Part shown: one piece after another, positions 13,386 to 26,579 of the stretch
How the letters are laid out: every line of letters starts with the position of its first letter
How positions within the stretch are numbered: position 1 is the first letter of the stretch
Source: Octopus vulgaris
Taxonomy: Eukaryota
DNA length: 64,000 bases
Reading direction: 5' to 3'
Assembly (NCBI GenBank): GCA_951406725.2
Contig: OX597820.1
Coordinates: 127,410,001-127,474,000 of the forward strand
The notes under the pieces: generated by a model
Told to the model about the DNA's origin: nothing
Databases searched by the model: none
What the model saw: only the letters and a program-made list of their open reading frames with translations
Position numbers and translations under genes: made by a program

Positions 13386-16300
13386 TGAGAGATAGTTAGT
13401 GATGAAAATGTTGATTTATCAATATAATCATTCAGCCTTGTCTCTGTCGTCGAGTCACACATTGTGCTGTTGTCCCGCTTTATTTTATGAAAGCTCAAAA
13501 GAAAAATTGATTTCGGTGTCTTCGATGGTCACATCACAGTAAATGTTATTCTGAAAAGTGACAGCGGATTAAAAACAAAAAATACGTATTTGATAAAAAA
13601 AAATAAAAAGCCTTAGTCATTTATTATGATATCTGGATCCAAGCAAAAACTGCTTATGTAAAAAATAAAAAAAAATTTTAAAAAAAGAATTAAATAAAAA
13701 GAAAGAAAAATGGCTTGTGTGCGTGAGAGAGTATCTGTGTATTACACACCTCAGATGTTATATATTCCACAGATTTTTTTTTTTTTGCCATGTTTGTAAA
13801 ACAATTGTTTTAAATAATTAAGAGAAAAAAAAATGAACTTTTTTTTTCCAATACAAAAAAGAAAATTCATACTTGAAAGTGAAACAAATTTGTTTGACTT
13901 TTTTTTTTTTACAATATTAACTATAATAAAAGCTGTTCTGTCTCTGTGTCATCTTGTCTTTCATTTTCTGTGTTTTTTTTTTCTTTACTTCCTTCTCTTG
14001 GAATTATGTTATGAAATTACAAGTTTGCATTCCTGGAACCTTGTATATGTCTCTGGTCCAAAATAGTTTTTTTTCCCCTCTTTCTCTTTTTTAATTTCAA
14101 ACCACCTTTTAATGACGATACAAGACTTATTTTTTAAATTTCCTGTTTATATTAAAACCAATTTTGTGTAAGAAATTCCAAAATACTTATTTTCAAAATT
14201 AATTGCAACATATAGGTAGTGTATGTTGTTAGAAATATAATCTCAAAAAAGTCTCCTGGTGGTTTCTTGAAAAAAGAAAACTTTTTTTTGGTACTTTCTT
14301 CCTCACAGGGTGTCTTTGGTTCAGTCCCACTGCATGGCACCTTGGATGAGTGTCTTTTACCGCTCCAGGTCAACAAAAGCCTTGTGAGTGGATTTGATAG
14401 GCAGAAACTCAAACAAACCTAAGGTGTGTGTGACTATATATATGGAAAAAGACCCCCTTCGGTCATGAATGACCATGAGATTGCACCAGGAAAGTTCCCT
14501 TCCAAGGTACAAGTCCAGACTGTTTGTGGAAGACAGCAATCACCCATGCATACCAGCCTCTCCACACCACTGATGTTATTCAAGGGAAAGGCAAAGGCAC
14601 CATTGAGGCTGCAACTCATTTCTACAGCTGAGTGAATATCCTATCATAAAGGAAATGATTCATAACTTTACACTGTGTACCCAATGTAAACTGGGTGCAG
14701 CATTATATCAAGCAAGCTGACGGGGAAGAACTGTTAAAGTAGCTACTAGTATGAAGTAGTTTTTATTCCAATTGTTCGGTAGGTTTTCTAGAACTTGGCT
14801 TCTATTATTGAAGTTCTACAATCAACAGCAGAAGTGAATGTTACAAAATCATGGAAGGATGTAGAAAAGACTTAGGGAATTATTGATTTTGTTGACAAAA
14901 AAGGTTGCTTCAAGAGATGGTAAGACTATGATGCCTCTGTGCAATACTACCATGGTAGTAAGACATGAGCTCTGATTGGATTTGTGAAGGCTGAAAAAAA
15001 GAAACTCTGATGTTGTGTGTTAGTGTGAATAAATGATGGAAGACAGATGAGGGAAAAGGAAAAATAGACATTAGAAAAACCAGTTGTAGTGTAATAAGGA
15101 TGTCAGGCAGGTGGCAATGGATTGTGTGATCCAGGTGGATGAATCCTGAAGAAGTAATGAAGGAAAAAGTCAAGGGATTATGCTAGAACTGACTTGTTCA
15201 AAACAGGTCAGATGGGGGAATTACAACCGTGTTTTGTGGTCTGCTACCACAACAGCTCCTTTATAGGATCCAGTTAGCTCAAGACATCATCAGGAGGAAC
15301 CATGTCTGGTTTCGGCCCCTACTCCTCTACCGTTTTGACGTGGCGGGGCTCCCCCTTTTGGAGGTGTCTTCAGCTCTGGTGTTGGGTGCATTTCTTCTTT
15401 CTTCTGTTCCCTGGCCTCTTCGATGTATCATCAGCCAGTGACTGACTGACTTGTCAAATTTTTCCCTTTAAATACCTGCTGCTAGGCTCCAGCAGGCAGC
15501 CCCAGCAAGTTGTCACGTGACTGTCTCACCTTAACTGGCTAGTGAAAAAAAACCTGTATAATTGTGGCTGGAAAAGCATTACATTTTATATGATTTTCAT
15601 TAAAATTTTAATTCTAAATCAACACTTTTCCTTATCAATATGTACAGAGAAAATATGGTAATAAACGGGTTTAAATGAAAGGTGTAAGTTCCTCGTGAGA
15701 TGCAACATATTTGTTACTCCTTACACCATTTCACTTATGATTTTGCTGTCATTTTGAAAGTTATCATTGTCATAATTTCCCTCTTAGACCATTCCTAAAA
15801 TAAGAACTTTGTACTTCAAGATACGTAAGTCAAACCAAGAGTTATCTTTCTTGTTCTTAAAGCTTATCACAATAATTCATGAGACTTGTTTTTGGTTTTT
15901 TGTTGGCCAGCGAAATATTTTTATTTCAACAATTAGAGCATGGAAGATGCATAGTAACCATTCAAGAAATACTCAGAAACTGTTATTTTTTTCTTAAGCA
16001 TTTATTATTCAGTACAAAATTATTGTGTCAGTAACCAGGGGCAGTTAGTGCACCAAAACTTTTGGCACCAATAAACAAATGTTTAAGTGAACTTAACAGT
16101 TTCTCTGTTTTTGAATGGCTAAAAGGTACATCTCCAAAATATTTATTTCAAAATTACATAAAACTAATATTAATGAAAACATCTTCTCCAATAATCTAAA
16201 GAAAATGCACATCACCTGCCTTCAATAACCATTACAACTACATTTCGTGTAGCTGCAATGGCAACGTCTGAAATACAACTGAGGTTGACTTTGACTTGCA

Positions 16301-16610
16301 TTACTTCAGGTAGATGCAACTGTATCATTCATATATTTCTAATTGTTTGAAATAATGATTTTTTTTTTTTCCTATAAACTTTCTAGCCCTGTACATCCTT
16401 TTTACACCTGTTTTTTTCTTACTAGCATGGATTGGACAGATCTGTTACCAGAATAACCTTTCACTACTTCTTTCGTCACTTTCAGCATCCTAAGATCAAT
16501 CTTTACCACTTCCTCTTGGATTCGTCACCTAACAATGTTAAAAGTCATGTTTGCTTTCCCGTGTATTGGGACTCGGTACTAAGAATCCTTGTTACCACCA
16601 CCACCACCAC

Positions 16611-16842
16611 CTGTTTCTTTACTACCCACAAGAGGCTAAACACAGAGGGGACAAACAAGGACAGACAAACAGATTAAGTCGATTACATCGACCCCAGTGA
16701 GTAACTGGTACTTAATTTATCGACCGCGAAAGGATGAAAGGCAAAGTCGACCTCGGCAGAATTTGTACTCAGAACATGGCGGCAGACGAAATACGGCTAC
16801 GCATTTCGCTCGGCATGCTAACGATTCTGCCAGCTTGCCGCC
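16611..16842 (-). mobile_element. tRNA-derived SINE with Meta/MESC-like core (family B)
   Basis: Highly similar to copies at 29861-30090 and 39633-39863. Confidence 0.85.
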
Positions 16843-18174
16843 ACTACTACCATCCTCATCATCATTTTCATTTATCGTCTGGCTTCTATGCTGGCATGGG
16901 TTGAGTGGTTATATCAAGATCTGACAAGTTGCTGGACAGTGCCAGGCTCCACTATCTGTCTTCTTGGCATGGTTTCTATGACTGCATGCCCTTCCTGACA
17001 CCAGTCACATTACAGAGTGTACTGAGAGCTTTTTTCAAGGTACCACCTGATGTGAAGACCACCTTGTAACTTGCATGGCTGTGGGATTAAAGTGGTTCCT
17101 TTAGCAGAAAAAGAATAGGAGAAAGTGGTTGGTGGTTCGAGACAGAGTGGCGAGTATGATGAGAGGAGCATGGAAAGGGACAGGATAGAAGGAAAGGATT
17201 ATTGACAGGGGTCATGGAGTGTAATTATTCATAAATGATAAACAATAGTTGATTAAATACAATTAGTCATCAGAAACCTAATTAGTATGAGGTATCTGTG
17301 ATTTGAACCCGAGACCTGACACACTCGTATTTTAATGGCCATAAGTGTGTGTGTGAATGATAATTTGCATAAATTAACCACTTGTAAGAGAAGGCTTTAT
17401 GCAGTTGGTCACCACTCTCTCCTTACATATTATATATTTCTTCAAAAACACAACATATGCATTTTGGGTTTTGCACAGCAGCTATAACTCCAAATGTGGA
17501 ATGATTGTGAAGGCTACTCACAGCATTTCGTTTTGTATGTTTCTGCTGTATATCTTCTGAAATTAATATTGTTTTCTTCTACATTTTGGTTCAGCTTTTT
17601 TTCCAAGTATCCTATTACTAAGTTTTTATATACTACACTTATTTTCCACATGGCATAGTAATTAAATCAATCAAATATTGGGTGGAAAGACATAGAGAGG
17701 CAATTCCCAGTAGCCTCAGCATGAACTTTGTATTAATGCATAAACTGGTATGTATAGCATTTTTATTATCATCATCATTAGTTACTGTGAAATTGTTATC
17801 ATTGTTGTTTGGTTAAGCTTAGTCTTTACCAACAGTTGTTTCGAAATTTTAGTTGTCATTTGCTTTGAACAAGCATTCTATTAGTTATTTAATCCTGTAA
17901 TTATTCTGGAAGATAATTGACAAATTTGATATAGCAGTGTTGAAAATATTTTTGTTACAGGCATTATGTGCTGCAACAAAAGACACTATGTCATGGTCAT
18001 GTGTGTGTGTGTTTTGTTTTACAGGTGACAACTATTCTTCTACTTTTGGTGCAGTTTTTGCTCCCAAGTATCTCATTACTGAGTTTAAATATACTGGATT
18101 GAATTTGGTTCCCATGACTGAAACTTTGACTTGTAGTCAAATGCCCAAATTGTGAAGAAATATATATATATATA

Positions 18175-18570
18175 TACATTGGTGAGACTAAAAATTCTTT
18201 ATCAGAGCACATGTTCGTACACTTGCAGCATATTTCCTATACTAATATCAGACAGATCTCACTAAGTGGCCATTTGGATAAATACAACCATAAAGTTTTT
18301 TAAGTTTCCATCTTATAAACTTTAGAATGCAAGAGAAGTTAAATGATGGTTAAAAGAAAAGACGTATATTAAAAAGTTCAAACCAGTTCTGTTTGACTTT
18401 AAAATAACATCCACTGAGAACTTGTAATTCAGAAGGTATTTTATAGATTATCTCCCTTTAACTACACAGAAATGTCATCTCGTTATAGTTACCATTATTT
18501 TGTAAACACTTGCCTGAAGATTGTTGCAAAACATGAAAATACTTGTGGAAAAACAAAAACAATAAATCTG
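18175..18570 (+). mobile_element. Degenerate Penelope-like 3' fragment
   Basis: YIGET... GIY-YIG remnant starting right after (TA)n. Downstream CTGAAGA...GAAA motif at about 18514-18539. Confidence 0.45.
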
Positions 18571-19094
18571 CTTATATTGGAATATGATTGACTAAATGTA
18601 TATGTGTGTAGGTATGTCATTATTCAGTTTTATTTCAAGATTTCTTGCCAACAGAGAAAGAGCTGGTTTCTAACCTAGATCCAAAGCCCCTTCATTAGAA
18701 TTTCAACAACATCAACAGGGTATTTTTGTATGTATGTATGTAGATTTGCATGCTTTGTTTTGTGTAAGTATTTTCGTGCATACAGTTGCATTTCTAGACA
18801 TCCTCATATATATACTTAAATGATACACTTTTGGTAAGTTTTAGATTTTTACTGTTACAGTGATGGCTTGGGTCTGTTATATGTATGTATGTATATCATA
18901 GTTATGCATATGCTTAATGCTACACATCTTAATTTATTTAAATATGATTGACCTCTGACATAGCTAATAAGAAATGCAAAATGAATTAAAATATTTAGAG
19001 CTTTGAATAACAATGTATTAAAGAGAAGTAAAGGGAAAAGTTTTGTTATATTACACATACAACATTATGTATATATATATACATATATGTATAT

Positions 19095-19469
19095 AGGTTT
19101 AAGAGACAACCACCTTCAAGTAACTCAAACAACATTGAACGATATTATCTATGATAGAGATATAAGATTAAATTTTATCAAATTAATATCTACAATTACT
19201 ATACCATATCAATATATCATTTTACTATACCATATTAATCTGACTATACAGGCAGTATAGTCAGATAGATATGGTATTGAATTTCTATTTCAGCAATACC
19301 GATAGATATATTGTCACGAAACGTGCGTTGTCTATATAATTTAATATATGACTCAGAACAGTAATTGTAGATATTAATTTGATAAAATTTAATCTTATAT
19401 CTCTATCACAGATAATGTCATTCAATGTTGTTTGAGTTGCTTGAAGGTGGTTCTGTCTCATAAACCTAT
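19095..19469. repeat. Fold-back: ~105-bp inverted repeat, probably a Penelope pLTR remnant
   Basis: 19095-19200 is the near-exact reverse complement of 19360-19469. The spacer holds the hairpin atctgactatac-aggca-gtatagtcagat and a CGAAACGTGCGT motif. Confidence 0.75.
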
Positions 19470-19874
19470 CTGTATATATGTATATAATACAGCGAGAAAT
19501 TCATTTCAGTACCACTCAATTGAATTTCTCTCCCCTATGGACTTGGAAATAACTTCCCTAATATTAACATATATATATATATAGTTAAATTTCAGGATGG
19601 TCTTTTCTTTTTGGCAAATAAGCACACACACACTCTGTAATTGTTTCATTCTTCACTTGTTTATTATTGTCCTTATTTTAACTGATGTCTATAGTCTGGA
19701 AATCTTACATCACACATCTGTAACCTTTTCAGCAACACTTTCCATCCTCCTTTATACTCCTGCTCCACTTAGTCCATTCTGGCAACAGAAAAAAAAAATT
19801 ACCATCTTGAAATATGACAATATCTGTTTCAACACAGGGTTTTACATCAGGAATCTTGTAATGCGAATTCATAA

Positions 19875-19919
<45 letters not shown>

Positions 19920-19936
19920 GTGTGTGTGTGTGTGTA

Positions 19937-20860
19937 TATGATAGACATTTTCCAGTTAACCATGCTTATAGGAAACTCTTGAATAGACACAATTTAAAAA
20001 TTAGTTTTAGTTCCACTACCAATTTTAAAAACATAATCAAACATAACATACAAAAAACACAACAAGAAAACAGCTGTTCATGCAGGAATAAAGAATTGTG
20101 CCCGCTAAATGAAGCTTGCATGTCCAAGACCATCATATATGAAGCTACCGTAGACTCTATAACCACTAAAGACACCGTTTCGACAAAGAAATACGTGGGC
20201 CTCACAGAGGGTAATTTCAAGGCCAGGTTCAATAACCACACTTTGAGCTTTAGGCACTGGAACAAAAGAAAAGCGACATAATTATCTAATCATATTTGGT
20301 CTTTAAGAGATAAAGGTGTTGATTATAACATACATTGGAAGATTTTGGCCAAATGTAAGCCCTATACCAACGGCAGCGGAAGGTGCGGTCTATGCGACAT
20401 GGAGAGATGGCTTATCTGGAAAAGCAGCTTAGACCCTACTACATGTCTAAATTCAAGGACAGGACTTTTCGGATCATGCCCATATGTGACTAAATTTCTG
20501 TTACGTTTTTGGTCCCCTAAAGAAGACAGATAGAACATGCTTTCTATGTTATGTCCCAAGGAGGTTTTTTACCTCATCATACATTCTATCATATATTTTT
20601 TATATATATTTTATGTATATATATTTTTTATGTATTTTTATATAATTTTTATGGCGAAATATACGAGTGAAGATGTGTACGTTCACATAGCGATGTATAA
20701 GTACACAGGCAAGCAGAGTTATAACACAGTAATTTCCCTTTGTATAACGGTATTTTTTCATAGCATTTTCAAATAGCCAGATAACCGAAGAGATGGCGGC
20801 GTGGATTCCCACTTCGGCATCTGAAACTCAGAGTTTTATCTTGACTATCCAGTAATGTAA
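19937..20860 (+). mobile_element. 5'-truncated Penelope-like retroelement (Neptune-type linker plus GIY-YIG endonuclease), one in-frame stop
   Basis: CSCRNKELCPLNEAC...IIYEA...YVGLTEGNFKARFNNH..SF...T*LSNHIWSL...WKIL...CGLC..E...LNSR. Flanked by (TG)n/(TA)n. Confidence 0.9.
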
Positions 20861-20862
20861 CA

Positions 20863-20900
<38 letters not shown>

Positions 20901-21229
20901 GTATAATACCTTCTAGAACATGACATTATATTATGTAAAATATAGATGAATATATTTCATCAATCAGCTGAGAATGATCACATCTCTACAGCAGTCATAT
21001 GCACACACACACACACACACACACACACTTTATATAGGTAGCTGAGGATCAACATAAAATGAAAAAACCGAAAGGAGACAATAAGATGGATGCAATATAT
21101 GCGTAGATGCAGACTTTTGTGATGAATGGCATATCAAAAAGTTCTCAGCTGAGAGTTATAAATTCAAAACAATTCAAATGAATTCATGTGATATATACAA
21201 ACATACATGTGCATATAACATACAGCATA

Positions 21230-23027
21230 CAGTACCTCACAGAAGTATGTACACCTCTAAAAACTTCTGGTAAAATTCCCATTACTCTGATAACACTGAA
21301 AGAACTCAAACAAAATTTATACTGAATAAAATATATTATACATGCGAACATAATACAAATTTGGAGCACAAAACAATAAAGATTTTCAAGGATATAAATG
21401 AAATATTAATTTTCAAACGATGCAAAAATATGTACACCCTAAAGCATTATTTGCTATATTCAATATTTGGTGTGACCGCCCTTGCTTTCACTGACTGAAT
21501 TAAGTCTTCTGGGCATAGAGTGGACTAAATTTCTGCATATAACTAATGAAATCAACCTCCATTCATCCTGAATAATGTCTTTCATCTGTGTTGCATTGAA
21601 GGGTTTTTCTACTCTGCTTTCCTTTTCAAAACACCCAAAAGATGTTCTATTGGGTTTTAAATCAGGTGACATGGTAGGCCAAGGCAATACCTTTACCCTT
21701 TTATCTGATAAAAACTTAGTCGCTATCTCTGAAGTGTGTTTAGGGTCGTTATCATGTTGGAACATGGAATGTCTTCCTCGTTCCTTGATGCTTTTCAACA
21801 TTGTTTTCTGCAATATGTCACAATAAAGCCTTCAATCCATTGTTTTCTTACTAAATGCAAGTCCTCCCACGCCAGCCACACTCATGCATCTCCAAACCCT
21901 ATGCTTCACGGTAGGCATGGTGCATTGGTCATTATTGTTTCCACCTGGTCATCGCCAAACTCATTTAATACCTTCTGACCCAAACCAGTTGATTTTAGTC
22001 TCATCAAAAAAAAAAAAAAGAATTTTATTCCAAAATTCCTTCCCCTTATTTGCATAGGTTTTGGCAAAAGAAAGATGACTTGATTTATGCCTGGTAGTAA
22101 GGAGGCTGCCTATGAGGAATGCGTCCACGAAGACCACATTGATTCAAACTTCAGCAAACTGTTTGGGCAGATACACTCTTTAACCTAACAGAAGACACTT
22201 CTTGGGCCAAAGATGAAGTGGTACAATGCCTTTCGTTCATCAGGCAATGTTGGATGTGGCAAATGCCACTTGCAGTTAAACTAGAAGGATGACCTGGACG
22301 ATGTTTATTGCTCAGCCGCCCAGTAGCTTTGTACTTCTGAATTACTTTGGCAACTGTGTTTATGCTAATATGTATTCGTTTGCTAATTAACTTGGATCCT
22401 AAACTCGTGCAAATTAAAAAATAATTTTCTTCAAATCTTCAGACAATTTTTTTCCTTTTGGTGCCATTTTAATCACAACATTTTCACCATAGGAGTGGCT
22501 GTGTGGTAAGTAGCTTGCTTACCAACCACATGGTTCCAGGTTCAGTCCCACTGCGTGGCACCTTGGGCAAGTGTCTTCTACTATAGCCTCGGGCCGACCA
22601 AAGCCTTGTGAATAGATTTGCTAGGCGGAAACTGAAAGAAGCCCGTCGTATATATGTATATATATATATATATGTGTGTGTGTTTGTCCCCTCAACATAG
22701 CTTGACAGCTGATGCTGGTGTGTTTACGTCCCCGTAACTTAGCGGTTTGGCAAAAGAGGGTGATGTAATAAGTACCAGGCTAACAAAGAATAAGTCCCAG
22801 TGTCAATTTGCTCGACTAAAGGCAGTGCTCCAGCATGGCCACAGTCAAATGACTGAAACAAGTAAAAGAGTAAAAGAGCATGGTACACAAATCAGAATTT
22901 CTGCAGCTGCAATGATCAGTGCAAAAATGCCAGGAGAAATAATTCATTAGAATTGTAATTTATTAGAATATCTGAATTTAGTAAAAAAAGTGGATAAAAT
23001 ATTGAATATAGCAAATTTTGTTTAGGT
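21230..23027 (-). mobile_element. Tc1-like transposon relic with long IR/DR-type TIR, interrupted by a SINE
   Basis: Transposase from ATG 22467 (MAPKGKKLSEDLKK) to 21460, with FQHDNDPKH, WPTMSPDL and SMPRRL..V...KGGHTKY motifs and frameshifts. TA-CAGT end at 21228-21233 and repeated tatgtacacc. The inner TIR end at 21438-21468 matches 22997-23027, where a cagtgtttcccaaac (hAT-like) element truncates it. Confidence 0.85.
22491..22878 (+). mobile_element. Bipartite tRNA-derived SINE (family A) with internal (TA)n(TG)n
   Basis: Head ggagtggctgtgtggtaag...ggttcagtccc and tail gaaacaagtaaaagagtaaaagag. Several copies in the window. Confidence 0.9.
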
Positions 23028-26000
23028 CAGTGTTTCCCAAACTTTTCATGCCAAATTGCAATATCGCCCACCTATCGGCCGAAAGATGCTCCATCACCCA
23101 CCTGTGTAAAAAAACCCTGATACAACCCCACCAACACAAAATCTGTAGCCCCCACCCATATCATTTAACACACACACACTATATCATAGACTCATTGCCT
23201 TGTTAGTGCCATTAGTACTAAATATGCGGTTGGTTACAAATCCCTTATTGTGGGTTTAGTTTTGACATTAGCGCCAATAAAGTTCTGACGTTAACTCTAT
23301 ATTTTTCAGACAGATTAACTTCTGGAAGCTTGCGCTTTCTTTTACACTGATTTTCATTTTCCCCAAATGAACCAGTGATCAGAACTACCAATGCAAAAAT
23401 AATTAATGATTGTGTTATAATGGGAAAGAATAAAGCTTTTTAATGAGAACTGTGTCTGGTGCGATGCAGGTACATTCGGTTTCAAACCTGGTACTTATTT
23501 TATCAAGCCCATCTAAGGATGAAAGGCAAAGTTGACTTTTGGTGGCATTTGGACTTAGAACATAAGGACAGGTGAAATGCTGCTTGGCATGCAAACAATT
23601 CTGCCAGTTCACCTATAATAATAATAATGATGATGTGGATTATGATTAGCAACAGAAGTAACATTATTACCAAAAGGTAATTATTACATCCAAACTCTCA
23701 ACTTCAGTTTTAATAAATAAAAGAAATAAACTGTATTGAGTATTCCTGCCTCATTTGACCTCCATGAAGCGACGTATGTATTTGTGCGTGTGTAAAATGT
23801 TATCTTACCATATTTATCTTATATGAATAAGTGCTAAGGAGCCTCTGTGTTGTCGCTTGGCCTGCTAGAAATATCAGCCAATTCTCCTTCATATCACATA
23901 ACCATCTTAAAGGGTTAGGATATACACATATGTGTGTGTGAGCGTGCGTGTGTTGTGAATGGATCTTAGATATCGGAAACTAAGAAAGGAACGGATGGTC
24001 GGAACTGATATACTTTTCTTCATTCTTTAGTCAATGGAAGAGGAACTGGTGCTAATAAATAATCTTTTCAACTATAGGCACAAAGCCTAAAATTTTGAGT
24101 AGGGAGCTGGTCGATTACACTGACCCAAGAACTCAACTGGTATTTATTTTCATCGACCCCGAGAGGACGAAAAGCAAAGTCGACATCAGCAGAATTTAAA
24201 CTTGGAGCTTAAAGACACGATTATTCCAGCTCAATTAACAACAAACTATGAAAGACTGTCATATAAAAAAAGGGGTTCAAACAGAATAGTGTCGGAAATT
24301 ATTTAGTACAACAAAAACTGTAATCTTTTTCGGATGCGTTTGTTTTAAACAGCGTAGACTAGAATTCAGCGAATAAATAAATAAATGGCGGGGTTTGTTC
24401 CCAATCCTTTCTGCAATTTTTCAGCTTTTACTTTCTTTTGAAATTTTTTCAGATTCATGTTTTAAAACATCCGAGGCAGTGATTCTTAAAAATATCGGGG
24501 AAAATGTCAACATTGAAAAATTACGGAAAACAAGGAAGACGAATTCTTCTTTCTTCGGATAATCTATGATATTTAAAATGTATACATCCGAAAATATTTC
24601 GGTTTTTAATACTGAAGATAATTTGCGTTTTATTTTTTTCTGATTCCGAGTTTTCGGCAACAGAGATTCCAATTTTGCCCCGACTCCTTCCAAAAACAAA
24701 ACAACATTCCAAAATTTCAGTGCCATCCACCTCACTCCCACCAACACCACATTGGATAATATAGTCGTGTGTGTTCTAAAAAGTCGGAATAGTCAAGGCT
24801 GGAGCGCGTTCGGTTATAGGTTTGCTCCATTAGTGCTGAGCTAAACAATGAGAACGGGGAGAGAACTTTTGCTAAGTCCTGCCTTTGTATGTTACAGAAG
24901 AAAAAGAGGAAAAGGGAAAGAGAGAAGGTATCACCTGTAATCCAATTCGCCCACCTCGCTGACCCCTGTGGAGCGACTGCCTCGTCCCTGTCCACCACAT
25001 TCGGTTCCCACTTGTACCACCACCACCATTACACAGTGACTACATCACAATCACAACTGGAGCCCCTGCAGGTCGACATAAGCGTAACGTATTTTGAGAG
25101 AGAGAGAGAGAGGAGTGGAGATTTTCTCAACGTGCGTGTTAAGATTAGGAAAGGAAGCAACTATACTAATCGCTGTGGTGTTCTACCATTGAAAGGTGAT
25201 CTTGTTACGGAAGTTCTGCCTATACAACTCCAGTGTTCCTTCTGTTCTTGAATTCGGACTGGCTGCTTGTCAATAAAACGAATGAACCCAAACAGCTTGG
25301 GCCAGCCCTGTCTGTCAGTCAGTCAGCCAGGGAGCCAATCAACCAAGTAACCAACCAACCAGCCAACCAGCCAGCTAGCTAGCTAGCTACTAGTCAGCCT
25401 TCCTATAAAACTCACCCACTCGCACCTGTGTTTGTTCATATGAAAGAGAGAAAGCAAACGTTCGGGGATAATGTTGTGACCAAAATCGCTGTCAGCTGTC
25501 GCTGTGACGCCAAACAAGGATACGATGAACCGAGTGAAAGGAGAAAAGAGGAAGTAATGGGAAAATAAATAATTGTTTTCCTGCCTGCATAGATTTGATT
25601 TATTATAAGTATTATTTCTGGAGACGTTATCATATCCATGTATTGAATTTCTATGTGAACCTGTCTCTGTAACACCCGCTTCATGCGTCACTGTTGTCAC
25701 TATAAGAGGAAAATATTATTATTAATTACGTTCTGAGTTCAAATTTCGCCGAGGTCGACTTTGCTTTTCATCCTTTAGAAGCCGATAAAATAAGTACCAG
25801 TTGAGTACGGAGGTCGATTTAATCGAATAGCTTCCCTCCACCACTACCATCTCCTTTGTAAAATGTCAGTCCGTGTGTCTAAGCAGAAAGATTTATCACT
25901 ATCATCTGTCGTCTATGATACATTTTCCTCACACTGTGTTTTCCATATAGAGCATTCCTATTATACCAACTTTGGTAAAACTCCAATCATTTCGCATTTA

Positions 26001-26506
26001 TAATTTGTTCACTTGTCCGTCTCTGTTGTGGTCGTAAAATAAATGTGCCGACAGAATCGTTAAAGCGTCGGTAAAAATGCCTCGCGCTAATGTTCATCCT
26101 TTCAGGGTTGATAAAATGGTTTCGGCTAACCCATTCCCCTCCAAATTATTGGCCCTGTGCTTAAATTAAAAGGAAATTGAGTTGGCAGAATCGTTGGACT
26201 TGCGGCATTTCTTTCGGTTCCATACTTTCTGACTCCAAATCTTGTCAAGATTTACTTTGCCTTTCATCCTGGCTGTCGTGAAAGTAATTCGAGTCCTGGA
26301 TTGATTCAATCGGCTAATCTCTTCCCTTTTAATTGTTGTCCTTGCATATCAGGAACCACTATTATCGTAGTAATACTAATTAATAGTAGTCACTCTCGCC
26401 GCCCAGGTACATGTGTGGTGGACTTTTTTAAAGAAAGAATTATCTTTTATCTATTTTTTTCAGTAATTAAACTGCGCTGACTTTAAAAAAAATTAGAAAA
26501 CTTTAC

Positions 26507-26579
26507 TACCTCTGACGGGACTCGAACCCGCAATCCCCGGCTTAGGAGGCCGGTGCCTTATCCATTGGGCCACAGAGGC
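26507..26579 (-). tRNA. tRNA-Arg-CCT: tRNA-Arg (anticodon CCT), intronless
   Basis: GCCTCTGTGGCCCAATGGATAAGGCACCGGCCTCCTAAGCCGGGGATTGCGGGTTCGAGTCCCGTCAGAGGTA. Complete 73-nt cloverleaf, intact A/B boxes, downstream oligo-T terminator. Confidence 0.95.

Noticed and set aside
17961-18070. Two plus-strand acceptor-like sites (ttgttacAG, ttgttttacAG)
   Set aside because: No convincing donors or recognisable coding frame, so unsupported without RNA data.
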